Virus record (IMG/VR): IMGVR_UViG_3300012953_000012
Coordinates: 96,001 to 160,000 of that record
Reading direction: 5' to 3' (one strand)
DNA length: 64,000 nucleotides
Origin: a virus
Lineage: Duplodnaviria; Caudoviricetes
Positions 29,038 through 41,000 of this stretch are shown here, piece after piece; the stretch's first letter is position 1; the number at the start of each line of letters is the position of its first letter. The notes beneath the pieces were generated by a model. The model saw only the letters and a list, made by a program, of their open reading frames with translations, was not told where the DNA came from and ran no database searches. The translations under genes and the position numbers were made by a program.

Positions 29038-31442
29038 CCATCCCCACAGGCGTCACACAAGGACAGATCGACCGTGAGGTGGGAGCCACCACCCTCGACA
29101 AGACCAATCTCGCTGGGGGGCACAGTTTCCCCATCCGGCACGCGAAGGTGACGCGCGTAGATGCCAAAGAGATGGTGGTGGACCTGGTTGCCTTGTCCGG
29201 GCCAGCCATCGAGATGAAGAAGATCCCCATCACCTTCCCCAACGCGGGTACGCGCCACTTCCTCGGAGCCATCCCAGAAGTCGGGGACATCTGCCTGGTG
29301 GGAAGTGCGCCCGCTGAGTCCGGGCTGTCGAAACGCTTTGTGATCCTGGGGTGGTTCGTCCCCGCCACACAGCCTGGCTACGACTGGCTCAGTGTGCGGT
29401 CACACTCCCCAGACGAACTCGGCCTGACCTCCAAGGACCAGGTGTACATGGAAGGGGTCGCTTCCGCACGGCGACACAAACTGCGGCAGATCGAGAAAGG
29501 CAACATCATCGCGTCGTCCTCGCAAGGGGCTGACCTGCTGCTCACCGAGAGTGCCACGCTGACGAACCGGCGGGGCAACGAGGTGATCCTGCGGGATCAA
29601 GACCAGGCGCTCGTGGTGCGGAGCCTTCAGCAGTTCCACGCCGGGGCGGGGTTCCGCACCTACTCAGGCATGATCCAGCGGGACGCAAACCTGTTGCCAA
29701 CCCAACTGGCGCGGGCACGCCGAGACTTTGCCTCAGATCGGCAGGTGGACGAGGAAGGAAAACCGCTACTCAGCACCCAACTCGATGCACGGGTCGGGGC
29801 CGGGTACGTCCAGACCGCAGAAGTCTTCGACACTGACTTCCTCGCCCCCGTCACTGTTGATCCCCTGGGAGTCTTGCCGCGTGGGTTGTTCCTGGACACT
29901 GGAGGGAACCTCGTCGTCGGCAAGAACTCGGCTACCTACGGAGGCAAGCCCATGTACCGGGTCTGCTCCGACCTGAAGTCCAATGGGATCACGGCTGATG
30001 GGGTGGGTGTCTTCACGGAGTACCGAATCGAGGTGGCCCACACCACGGATGGGACGCTGCCCGTCACGGAACAGACAGACGGCCTGGACGTAGACCGTCT
30101 GTTGCCGACTGCACCCGCCACGACCCCGAGCGCAGAAGGTGGGGCGGTCAACCTACAAGACCCCGCGAACCGGTCACCAAACGCCCCTATGGTGGAGTTT
30201 GTCCTCGGAACAGCGGTGGGGAACGACGCCTTTGCGGACCCCGAGAGTTACGGCATCCCCCTGGTGGCGAAGGTTGGATCCCCGTCCGGGGCACCAGAGA
30301 CCACGATCCGCCCCTACAACTCAGCCACCGACTCTCTGAGTGACCAGTTGGCTTTCCTGGTCCGCTCGCGTGATCCCGAAGACCCCACGAAGGAGTCCTT
30401 CATCGCGCTCTCCAAGGGTGGCGCGTGGCTCACCAACTTCCAGGGCGAGGGATCAGCCGTCGTCCAGGAGAACCTGCGAACGGGCAAGCGGTCGTTCCTG
30501 GGGACCGACAAGGATGGAACCTCTCAGACCGTCACGGCGCAGGGGACGATCTCTTTGTCTGCCGCCAGTGGGCGGGCCGCTGACAACGTAGGGGTCGAGA
30601 TCACATCCGAGAGCGGGGCCGTGAGCATCTTCGGTGGCGGGTCGAACACAGAAGGCGCGGCAGACGGAAGCCTGAACCCCAACGACCCGGCTAACGCCAA
30701 GACGGCCTTGAGCCTCACGAGTGCCAAAAGCACCCTCCTGTCCGCTGTAGACAATGTGGTGGTCGCGGGGAGCAACATCAAGAACACAGCGGGAACGATT
30801 GCCCTGGCCTCATCCGCAGCGGTGAACATCAACTCGGGTGACACGGTATCCACCACGACCAAGACTCTCGGTGTCACCGTTGCGGGGCTGGCAGAGTACA
30901 CCTACGGCGGACCTAAGGACGGCCTCCCCACGAACGGGGGTTCGCGGAGTGTCGCCTTCACCGCAAACCCGGCGACGGGGAGTCCTGGTGGAGCGGTGGA
31001 CTCCTACTCGGTGCTGTTTGGGGGGCGCAAAGAATCCTTCAACATGGGCAAGCACGACACAGGGATCAAGGTGGGGTCGTTCAACGTCCGAACCATGAAC
31101 CCGATCCCTGCGGGGATGATGGCTCCCGGTGCGGGAACCCTCATGTCCACGGGCCTTCCCCTGGTGGACAACAAAGTCACGACCGGACTGGCTGGCGCGG
31201 CGTTGGTCAGCAACCTCGGCACTGCGAAACTGTCTGCCACAAAAGGCACGGCCACGGTGTCTGGGATCGCTGGAGCCGCCTTGCAGTCGCTCGCTCAGAT
31301 TGGGATCACGGCCCCCTATGTCAGCGTGAAGGCTGCGGGCTTCCCTGGCGGTGTCCTCACTGACGGTTGCTTCGATAGCCTCACGGGACGACCCTTCCTC
31401 ACCTCAGGGACCGTAGGCTGTCCTGGCTTCCGGGTGGGGTAG
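29034..31442 (+). CDS. baseplate central spike (gp5/gpV-like)
   Basis: N-terminal OB-fold (AKVTRVD..VVDLV..GAIPEVGDICLVG) and Ser/Thr/Gly-rich beta-helix-like C-terminus. Confidence 0.75.
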   Translation: MTIPTGVTQGQIDREVGATTLDKTNLAGGHSFPIRHAKVTRVDAKEMVVDLVALSGPAIEMKKIPITFPNAGTRHFLGAIPEVGDICLVGSAPAESGLSKRFVILGWFVPATQPGYDWLSVRSHSPDELGLTSKDQVYMEGVASARRHKLRQIEKGNIIASSSQGADLLLTESATLTNRRGNEVILRDQDQALVVRSLQQFHAGAGFRTYSGMIQRDANLLPTQLARARRDFASDRQVDEEGKPLLSTQLDARVGAGYVQTAEVFDTDFLAPVTVDPLGVLPRGLFLDTGGNLVVGKNSATYGGKPMYRVCSDLKSNGITADGVGVFTEYRIEVAHTTDGTLPVTEQTDGLDVDRLLPTAPATTPSAEGGAVNLQDPANRSPNAPMVEFVLGTAVGNDAFADPESYGIPLVAKVGSPSGAPETTIRPYNSATDSLSDQLAFLVRSRDPEDPTKESFIALSKGGAWLTNFQGEGSAVVQENLRTGKRSFLGTDKDGTSQTVTAQGTISLSAASGRAADNVGVEITSESGAVSIFGGGSNTEGAADGSLNPNDPANAKTALSLTSAKSTLLSAVDNVVVAGSNIKNTAGTIALASSAAVNINSGDTVSTTTKTLGVTVAGLAEYTYGGPKDGLPTNGGSRSVAFTANPATGSPGGAVDSYSVLFGGRKESFNMGKHDTGIKVGSFNVRTMNPIPAGMMAPGAGTLMSTGLPLVDNKVTTGLAGAALVSNLGTAKLSATKGTATVSGIAGAALQSLAQIGITAPYVSVKAAGFPGGVLTDGCFDSLTGRPFLTSGTVGCPGFRVG

Positions 31443-32018
31443 ATGGCTGTCACCCCCCAAGCCGTAACGGCGGCCATCATCGCCGCGAGTCCTGCCTTGA
31501 AGGGGCCAGCCTGGTTCCAGACCTGTGTGGGAGTCGGGATCGGTGTGGTTGCGTGGAGCGCCATCCCAGTCAACGTGGTCATGGTCGGATCAGTCAACGG
31601 CACACTGGGGGGAGGTGTGGTGACAGGCAAGTTTGTCCTCCCGGTCGTTCCTGCCCCTGTGGTGGCTTCTGTGTCCGCTGGCGGGCTCGTCGGCCTCAAT
31701 GCCTCCCAAGTGGGCGCAGCCGTTGGCATAGGCATCGGCACGGCCTACTCAGCGACCGGTCAGTACATCGGAACGAGCGTTGGGGCCATCGGGGCGGACG
31801 TGTCGAAGGTGGTGTTCGCAAACCCCGCGACTTTAGTCCCCTCCCTGATCGGTGGTTTCGCGGCCCAGGGGCTCGTCGGCCCCGCTGCCCTTCAACTCGC
31901 CGCTGCCCTCTCTCCCGGTATTGCGACTATGTTCATGACAGGTTTTGGGACAGGCGTTGCTGCCGGTCCTACTGGCCCGTCACCGGGTACTGGTGTGAGT
32001 AGGTCCAGCATCATCTGA
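31443..32018 (+). CDS. Gly/Ala-rich baseplate-associated protein
   Basis: Directly after the spike gene. No clear PAAR motif. Confidence 0.65.
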   Translation: MAVTPQAVTAAIIAASPALKGPAWFQTCVGVGIGVVAWSAIPVNVVMVGSVNGTLGGGVVTGKFVLPVVPAPVVASVSAGGLVGLNASQVGAAVGIGIGTAYSATGQYIGTSVGAIGADVSKVVFANPATLVPSLIGGFAAQGLVGPAALQLAAALSPGIATMFMTGFGTGVAAGPTGPSPGTGVSRSSII

Positions 32019-32028
32019 GGGTCGCAAC

Positions 32029-35000
32029 GTGGGATTCAATCTAAACGGCTTTGTGCTTCGTCCAGCGCGTGTGGCGTCCGGCAACGATCCAGACACCAAC
32101 GAGGCTGTCACAGGCGTAGACCGTGACCACATCCTTGCCAACGACCGCAGCACGCCTGTTGCCAATGAGACGACCCTGGAAAGCCTCGGCTACGACGCAC
32201 GCCCCACAGGGGCAGCCGTCCTTGTGGAACCCTATGCCGACATGTACCGGGCAGCGGTGCTTGAACGGCCTCAAGACAAGCAATCCACCGAGCAGTACTG
32301 CTTGTTCGCGGCGACCACAGGATCATTGAGCACCATCGAAGACACCGCGATGGCTATCGTAGGGGGCACCGCCACGGCTGACCCCATCGCAGGATCACTC
32401 GACGTGGACGGTGGGGCCTACACAGACGGCACCTTGAACTTCTACATTCGGGACGGCGGTCAGCGAGACATCAGTGAGGTGGTCTCCATCACGATCCTCA
32501 AAGGGCCGGTTGGTGGTGGCGCACTTCCGACACCCGTGGTGTGCGAGGGAACCACTGACGCATCGACCGGGAAGTTCACTCTCGACGCTGCTGCCGAAAC
32601 CGCTCTGAGTGGTGGCTACTCCGAGGACCGGGGAGACAAGGTGGCTGCGACAGCCTATGTCCTCGCCAGTCCGTCCTTCTGGTGGTCCAGGAATGATGAC
32701 GACCTGACCCGGTTCGGTTGGGACGGGAAGACCTCACGATGGTTGCCGTTGAAGGGTGGTGCAGCACAGTCCCTGGGCGCGGTGCTTCCTGATGAAGGCT
32801 ACAAACTCGTCCCTCCCCCCACCCGGTTCCAGGTTGACGACACACTGCCCGGTGCGGCGACTGCCCCGGACGCCTACGCTCTGGTCCGCTGTGGCCTCTA
32901 CGCGGACGCTGACAGTACGCCTCTGAGCATCCTGGTGGTGTCAGACACAGCCGCCCAGGACGGCACCTGGCAATCTGGAGGCTCCCCCGACTGGGATGGC
33001 TACAACGCCGTCGTGGGGGTCACCAACGGTGTGCTGCTCCTCAACCCCGCCTTTGCGGGTGCCCAGGCAGGACGCACACTCTGGTACAACGCCGAATCCT
33101 TCCAGTCGGATGCGGACGGTGATCTGGGGGTGGTGGCTGACCTCCCCACAGGATCAAACCAAGGCTTCCCGGCTCTCTCGCCTGTGCCCGGACCTACGGA
33201 CAGACCCTTCCTCCGCATCGGATCACGGCGCTACATGACGCCTATCCCTGTAGATCAGGACGAAGCAGACCCGGTTGCTGGGTTGACGGGCCTCCCCTCA
33301 CCCGGCTCCGTGCCCTCAGGTTCGTTTTACTGGAGCAAGGCCACCGGCAAGATTGTCCTCTCAGCCATCGACATCGCGAAGTGCATTCCCGGCTCCTCGG
33401 TGGGGGATGGGGACCCCGCCGATTACGAGATTCCGTTCCTGGGCGCACGGCTCTACTACGACGGAGTGGCCCTCAGCACACAGCCCCTTCCACTCAGGGA
33501 AGCCGTTCCGGCCCTCAATGCCGCAGGCAACTCGCTGGACGGGTCCGATCCTGTGGAGGACCACACGGTGCCCACGGACGGCGCGGTTTACGTCCCCCGC
33601 GCAGTCTGTATGCCCCCTCCTGGGGTGAGCGGTGTGCGGTGGGAGCCGGACGGCACCGGAGACACACCGGTCGTCCCTGGCCCCAGCGCCGTCGCGGTCA
33701 ACGAGGAGCCGCAGACCCGACCCAACGGAACGGGTCTGGTTCGCAGGATCACGGGCAGCGCGAGAAGGACCCTCTACGGGGATTCCTTCTTCTTCGCAGA
33801 GGAGTACGCCTACGAGAACACCGACGTCAAGGAGTACAACGACGACCTCAATGACTTCAAGTTCAAGGTGCGGAAGAACGAGGTTGAGATCTCCCGGATG
33901 GTCGCCCCCACGCAGCCTGCGGGGGGGTGGACGAACACCTCTCGCATCCAGTTGCGGCGCAGGAAGGTGAAGGGGCAGCCTCTCTACTTCCGTCAGGCTG
34001 AGGTGATCCCGTCCGTCCATGCCGATGAGGCCAGAATCTATTCCCGCCTCGCCGAGCCGTACTATGTCGCCGGTACAGAGACGCTGCGCTTCGTTATCGA
34101 CGGAGTAGTCCTCACCTGGCTGGGATCATCACTGAATGCGACCGGCACGGTTGCCGACTACACAGCGCAGGACGTGGCGGATTCCTTGAACGCCGTTCAG
34201 GCTGGCATCGCAAGCACCCTGCGTGGTCGCGTCTACCTTCGGGCTGCCAGCCTCACGACAGGAAGCGTGGAGATCGGCTGGAACACGGACCCCGGCGACG
34301 GGAGCACCGACTACAAGGACCTGTCGGGCCACGCTGCGCTGGGGTTTCTCCCCGGCTGGCGCGTGGACATGGCGGATCCCGACGACCGTTTCCGCTGGCT
34401 TCCCGACAATGGGGCCTACCTCGGGGTCTTCCGCAGCCCTGTGAACATGGACCGGACGGCATCTACGCCGGACATCCGGGCCGTGGGCAGGGTCGAAGAC
34501 ACTCCAATGATCACAAGCATCAACGCGAACCCGTTCGTTGCTGTGTCCCCACCCCCGCTTCTGGACGTACCTGGCTACACGGACGTCTCTCACTTTGAAG
34601 TCGTCGTGGGCCTCCTGACCATCCCGATGGAGAACTACCAGACAAGCCTGGAGGTGGGGGTCGTCTACGACTGGGTCAACGACCGCTTCATCTGGTGCGG
34701 AGAGGGGAAGACCAACGGCAAGCAGGTGCCGTACCCCACGTCCATGCTCCAACTCGACAACGTGAGTGTGTTCCCGCAGACCGTCAGCCCTCTCGCCATG
34801 GACGCTGGGACCTACGGGCTGAACCTTCGCCGGGCGACTGACGTAGCCGGGCGGACCTTGCCCGCCGACTTCCCCGTGCCGGAAGACCTCACGGGGTCAG
34901 ACACCACTATAGATTTCTTGATGCCTGGCGACGGCGGCCCCGGCCAGGCTCTGCTCGTGACCCCAGAGGGGGCCGAGGTTGCCTCTGGAGGCAAGGGCGA

Positions 35001-38000
35001 GACCGCAAGCGGAGTGGACGTCTTCCTCGACCCGAACGTCGCGGACCAGACTGACCTCTACAACGCAGTGGAGGTCGGCTACTTGCTCCACATCCTGAGC
35101 GGTGACAACGAGGGCATCTACACCATCACGCTCAAGGATGACACGACGGGGAACGCGATGTTCAGGGTGGTTCCACCCTTCCCGGCGACCGACACCAGCA
35201 CTCAATGGCGCATCTACGAAGCGAAGCCGCGCTCTGCTGTGGACATGACCCTGCTCGCGGACGTTCAGCAGGTCACCACGAGCCACTTCCCGGAGAACCC
35301 CTTCAAGGTCCGCACGTTGACTTCGGTGGGGCAGGTGGAGGTCACCCCGCTTGTGGCCAATGTCGCTGATGCCCTTGCTTCCGGTCGCACGGTGTCCGTG
35401 CGTCTGGGGCTTGCCCCCGTTGCCGCCAACGAACGAACGGTGGCCTACCTGAAACAAGGCTCCAACCTGGGGGCCATCGCGGCGTCCGGGCTGCTGTGCC
35501 CTGACCCCACTGACCCTCACCTGACGCTCTCGGGGCCGGACTCCTACTTCCAGATCCGCATCGGAGCGAAGGTCTACTCAACGGCAGCGGGGAACATGAC
35601 CCTGAATGTGGGGACGGCTAACGACGACGAAGTGGACGTGAACACCACCACAGGAGAAGTCCTGATTGGGGTCAACGTGGTCTCCGACCTGGCCGGAAGC
35701 ACGGTCTACTACGACCAGTTGTTCCTGGCCTCCACGGACGTACCCGCAGGCACTTGCGAGATCGCCCCGCTCGACGGAGCCGTGAACCTCAGCAACCAGG
35801 ACCTGTCGGATTTCGCTACGGGGACGGCCTACTTTGTCGAGCAGATGGTCACCGACAACGACCTTGACGCCAAGATCAACCCCCTGAACGGAAGCCTGCT
35901 GTTCATGCAGCCTCTCCGCGCCATGCAGATCGTTGAGGTCAACTACTTCCAGGCAGACACCAACGGAGACAAGAAACTCGATGACAGCGGGAACCCCATC
36001 GAGATCACCGAGTTCCTGCCGCTCATGGTGACCCTGGAGACCTGCGCCTACGTCAACGATACCGAGTGGACCTACAACCCCACAGGCCGCACGCTCTCCA
36101 CCACCGTGGAGCCGATGATGTGGGTGGGATCAAACCTGATGAACTACGCCGGGGTCAAAAACGCCACGGCGGCGGACGGTGTGCTCACCATCACGGCACA
36201 GGAGGCAGACCTCCTGGAGACTGATGCGGCCACGGTAGTCAGGATCAACTACGGCGTGCTTGAAGCCTTCGGCGGCGAGACCTCCTACACGGTGTCGAAA
36301 CCCCCTGTTTTCTGCAAGCCTTTCTGGATTGAGGCTGACTCCGACACCTTCACACTGGAGACAGACCGCACAGACGACTTCCAGCCGGGCCTCCTGATGC
36401 TCCTGGGGCCGGTGCCCCTTTACATCAACACCAGCGCCTACAACGCCACCACAGACACCACCACAGTCACCGTCTTCCCCACCCCTGAAAACGAGGTCGG
36501 CAGCCGCTCCCCTGGAGGAGATGCGTCGTTGACCCTCTCGGACTTCGTGGTGAGCACCTCTCGGGGAGGCGACACCGGCTTCATGCCTCTGCTGGACACA
36601 GACCCCACTACAGGCACCCCGCTGCTGGAGAGCGACAAAGGGCAGACCACCGTGTCCTTCTACGGCGACTGTCGCTACTACATGAAGACGGACCACCTGC
36701 TGGAGATCGGCGGCTACCCCTACCTCATCGTCAACTCCGAGATGTCGGACGACGGCTACTACACCAACGTGTTGCTGGCCTCCCCGCTCTACAAGCAGCA
36801 CGACAACTCCGAAGAAATCCGAGTGTCCGTCCGGCGCGTCTACCTCGGGCCGCCGGTTGACTTCACCGGGATCAGTCCCTTCTTGTCCACGGAGGAGTAC
36901 GACCTGTTCCTCATGGGAAGCCTCGACAGTGCTGGGAGCCTTCTGCCGGGCAAGGTGCTCGTCGAGGGCCTCGACTACACGGTTGAGCCCAACACGGGCG
37001 ACGTGACCTTCCAGGCACCTTCGCAGGGCGCTCTCCAACCGGGTGAGTACCTGCACTTCCGCTACACACGGCTCATCTCCGTGGGTCCGGGCGTCGTGGA
37101 AGGAGCCGTTGTCTACCCGGTCTACCGGGCGAAGTACCTCTACATGACCACACCCTCGGTCGAGAACCGGCTCCTGGGGGCGGTGTTGAAGGGTCAGTAC
37201 ACCTACCGCAGCCAGGACTCATTCTTCTTCGCGGTGCAGGCATTGGAGGAGTACCTCGGCGAGGTGTCCGTCATCTCGGCCTCGCAGGGTGTGATCCCAT
37301 TCTCCGGCGGGCCGACCTTCTTCAATGACCCCGGCAGTGACCCCAACAAACAGGGCTCTTTGGGGCTGCGCGGCGGAACGGTGGACGCCCAGGACCAGGA
37401 TCGGGCAGCACGGGTCTTCATCGAGTTTTTCAACGGAGTGATCCTGGCCTTTGAGCAGGTCCTTGAGGCCATCGACGGCAGGATCATCGGTGACCGGGAC
37501 GGCAAGTTTCGCTTCTTCATCGGGCACGACAAGCGGTACGCACCCCCCGGCTACGAGGACGCCATCACCGGCAACCTCAACCAACGGGAGTTGTGGCGCA
37601 CCATCATCGACGCCTGGGCACCCTCGGCGTTTGCGGCGGACGACGGCTACTACCGCACGAAGGACTACCTCTACTTGCCGACCACAGCGACAGTCGCAGA
37701 ACCCACGACTCGTCCAGGTGAGACCAGCGGGATCACGATGGACCCGGTTGGATTCTCCGTCTTCACGGAACGTCAGCGCAGGCTGATCAAGAACGACATG
37801 GACGACCGCATCCTGAAAGGGATGGGCCGCCCGAAGGTCGAGTTCATCGTCCCCCTCATGTTCCCGCTCGTGCGGTTCAAGGGCAACTTCGATGACATGT
37901 GGGAGGATCACCGATTCTCGCGGCTGTTCCCGACAGAGACTGAGCACTTCTCACGGCTGTTCCCTGGAGTCAACTACGACCCGGACGCCGGATATGCAGG

Positions 38001-41000
38001 CTTCTTCACCCCCGGACGGGACATCGAGATGCCCGGACCAGAGCCGGGCGAGACCAGTGTCCAGACGGTGCGGACCTTCGGCCAGCCGAACGGAAGCATC
38101 GCGAACCCGGCTCTCGGGGAGATCCCCAACATCATCGACGTGAGTGTCAAGGACAGGCTTCCACGGGGCCGTGTCTGGGCCTACTACCCCAACGGCTTCT
38201 CCGGTATGGGGTTGACCACCACCAGTGCTTGCTTCGTCCTCACCGTCGTGACGATGGACCAGTTCCCCATCGACCCCGCAACAGGGTTCCCTGACTACGC
38301 CAAGTTGATCGACGGGGCGTCCGGCGATGTCTACTCCATCGTGTCAGGCAATCCTGATCTGGCCACGCCTGCCTTTGAGGTTGGTCAGCGGGTCAACTAC
38401 GGCAAGCCGGACGGGACGGTCTACTCACTGAGCGACGTGGACGGAAACGGTATCTTCATCAAGGAGGTGCTCGCAGGGTGTGTGATCACACTGGCGACCA
38501 GCGACGGGTTGCCCAGCCCCACGTTCACTTCGGTGACTGGCGGCAGCATCTACACCGACAAGGACACCCTGACCCGACTCGGGGATGTGATCTCACCCGA
38601 CGATGGCTACTCCGACACGGTGTTCGTAGGCAACGGCGTGGGCGTGGAAATCGCAGATGAGGAGAACCCTACGACCGACGAGTTGGCCCTGCTTGCGTTG
38701 TCGATGCCCGAGTACAGGCAGTTTTTCGACATCTCCATGAGGCGCAAGTCCGGGGACCTCATCGACATCACGTTCCCCGGACCCGATGACAACTTCTTCC
38801 TGAACCTCCAGGCCCTGTTTGGACAGAACGCGCCTGACCCGCTCACCTGTGTCGAGGGGTCGGTCAGGTTCATCAACACGGAGTCGGAGCCGCTTCAACT
38901 GCCTTGCCTGCTGGGCGAGGACAAGGACGACTCGGGTGACCAGCAGATCCCGTTCCTGAGGGGCACCCCGAACGAGGTCAGTGTGCTGCGGGAGATTGCC
39001 CCGCTCCTGGAACGGCTCTACGCGGACACTCCCATCCCCCTTCCTTACGCCCCCGCCTACTACAACGACGCCCTCGGGCTGGGCACCGTGGCTGCTGTTG
39101 AGCAGCAGAACTTCAGGGCTGTGTACCCAGACGAGGTCTACATCGGTGATGGCGCGGTCTACGAAGAGGCGACGTACATCGGCTACCCACAGAACCCGGC
39201 CACGCTCTACACAGCCAACCGGTTGGACGAGGCTGCTGAGGAAGGAGCACCAGCGGCAGGGAAGGGCCTCGGTGATCTCAGGCGCTTTGATCTGCTGTTT
39301 TCTCAGGTCAACCAGGCTGTCATTGACCCCAACTGGAAGGGCATGACAGGAATCCTCGATGTAGGGGATGTGGTCTACGATGCTTCCGGGTCAAACACTC
39401 GGGCATCCGTCGAGATCCCACGCTTCGTGTCCCCCTGCGAAAAGGGGCTGGCCCACAACTACACGCTGTTGGGCTGGGCGGCCTACATCTCCGAGAAGGA
39501 CATCAACCCCGGTGAAGGTTTTGAGGTCTCGGCGGCTGTCAACCCGGCACCGAACATCTTCACCTCGGAACTTCTGTTCAACAGCGTCACGGACATGCCG
39601 GACCTGAGCCTGCTTGACCCCCTGATGAACGGCATTCCACTGCCTCTGGTGAACAACAACGCCTTCGTGATCCGCATCTACGACCCGGACCCGGCAGCAA
39701 CCGAAGCCTTCATCGGAGCCATCACCTTGATCACAGGGGCCGGGCCTACGATCAGGTCCTACTTCTACAACCATGCAACCGCCACAGTCACTGCACCTCA
39801 GGTGGTCGTGTCCCCCGTCTATGGCCCTACTGGAATCGAGATCCAGTACGACATGACCACCACCGCGACCCCAACCGACCCTCTGGAGACCGTCCTGGGG
39901 CTGGTTCCGGGTCAACGCTACGACTTCCGGTTGGACATCGACACCTACGGCTCCCTCTCCACCGCCAATGTTTCCTCGGTGGTGTTTGTTGGTGCTCTCT
40001 ACGGTTCCGACTCCTGTGCGGTGCTCCGCGACCGGCTGACCTTCACGGAGCAGTTGGACTTCACGATGGCGAAGCCTCGGGATTACACCACCGCCGCAGC
40101 CGCTCCAGCCGTAGCCTACGAGGTCGGCGCACAGTTGAATGTGGCCGAGTTCCGGGCCAACGGGGTCAGCGGGTTGACAGTCAACGGCATGGGCGAGATC
40201 AACGGAGGTAGCCCGCTCACGTTCCTCGACCGCTACAACACGACGCCAGCATTTTACGTCGGCACCTTTGATGGCACGGATGGACGGCTCCGAGCCATGT
40301 CCTGGGAAGGGCACGGCAACCAGCCAATCCCGGCTGAGGTCACAGGGGTCCGGCTCTCCTCTGCACCGTCCTCGGACGGGGACCAGACCGGGGTGATCCT
40401 GGAAGGCACCTTCCGGTTTTGGGATGGGGACTCCAGCCTCACGCCTACGACTACGGGGGTCGGCTCCTACGTCCGGGAGGGGAACCGCAACTACCTCACC
40501 ACCGTGAGCGAGGACTCTGGGGTGACCACGAATGTCCTCGCTGGGGACATCTGTGTGGTGACCCAGAACCCCTCTGAGAACGGGGCGGTCAAGACGGGAT
40601 CATACCTCGTGCGGCACGCTGTTCCGCTCGGCACAGACATCTGTGAGGCCGCCAGCAGCAACTTCGGTGACGCTCGACTTCTTGCTGCGAGACAGGGGCC
40701 GCTCGTCACTGATCCGGTGCCTGCGGTTCAAGCACCATCCAACCAACCCCGCGTAGACATTGGCACTGGTGTGGCCTCCGTCCCTCGTGCGGGCCAGGGA
40801 TGCCTGGACTTGGCTTTCCCCACGGTCCAGACGATCACCGACATCCTTCAACGGAAGATCACCCTCACCAACGTGGTTCCGGTCATCGGGGCAGCGACCG
40901 GATGCGGCTGGGCTGACCCGGCAACGGTCGGGTCCTACCGGCTCTACCTGATCCTCAAGGACCAGTACGCCACCTACAGCGACGACGCAGACGGTGGAGG

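Noticed and set aside
31443-32018. PAAR spike-tip call
   Set aside because: No PAAR repeats or metal-binding His/Cys pattern, and the protein is too long and hydrophobic.
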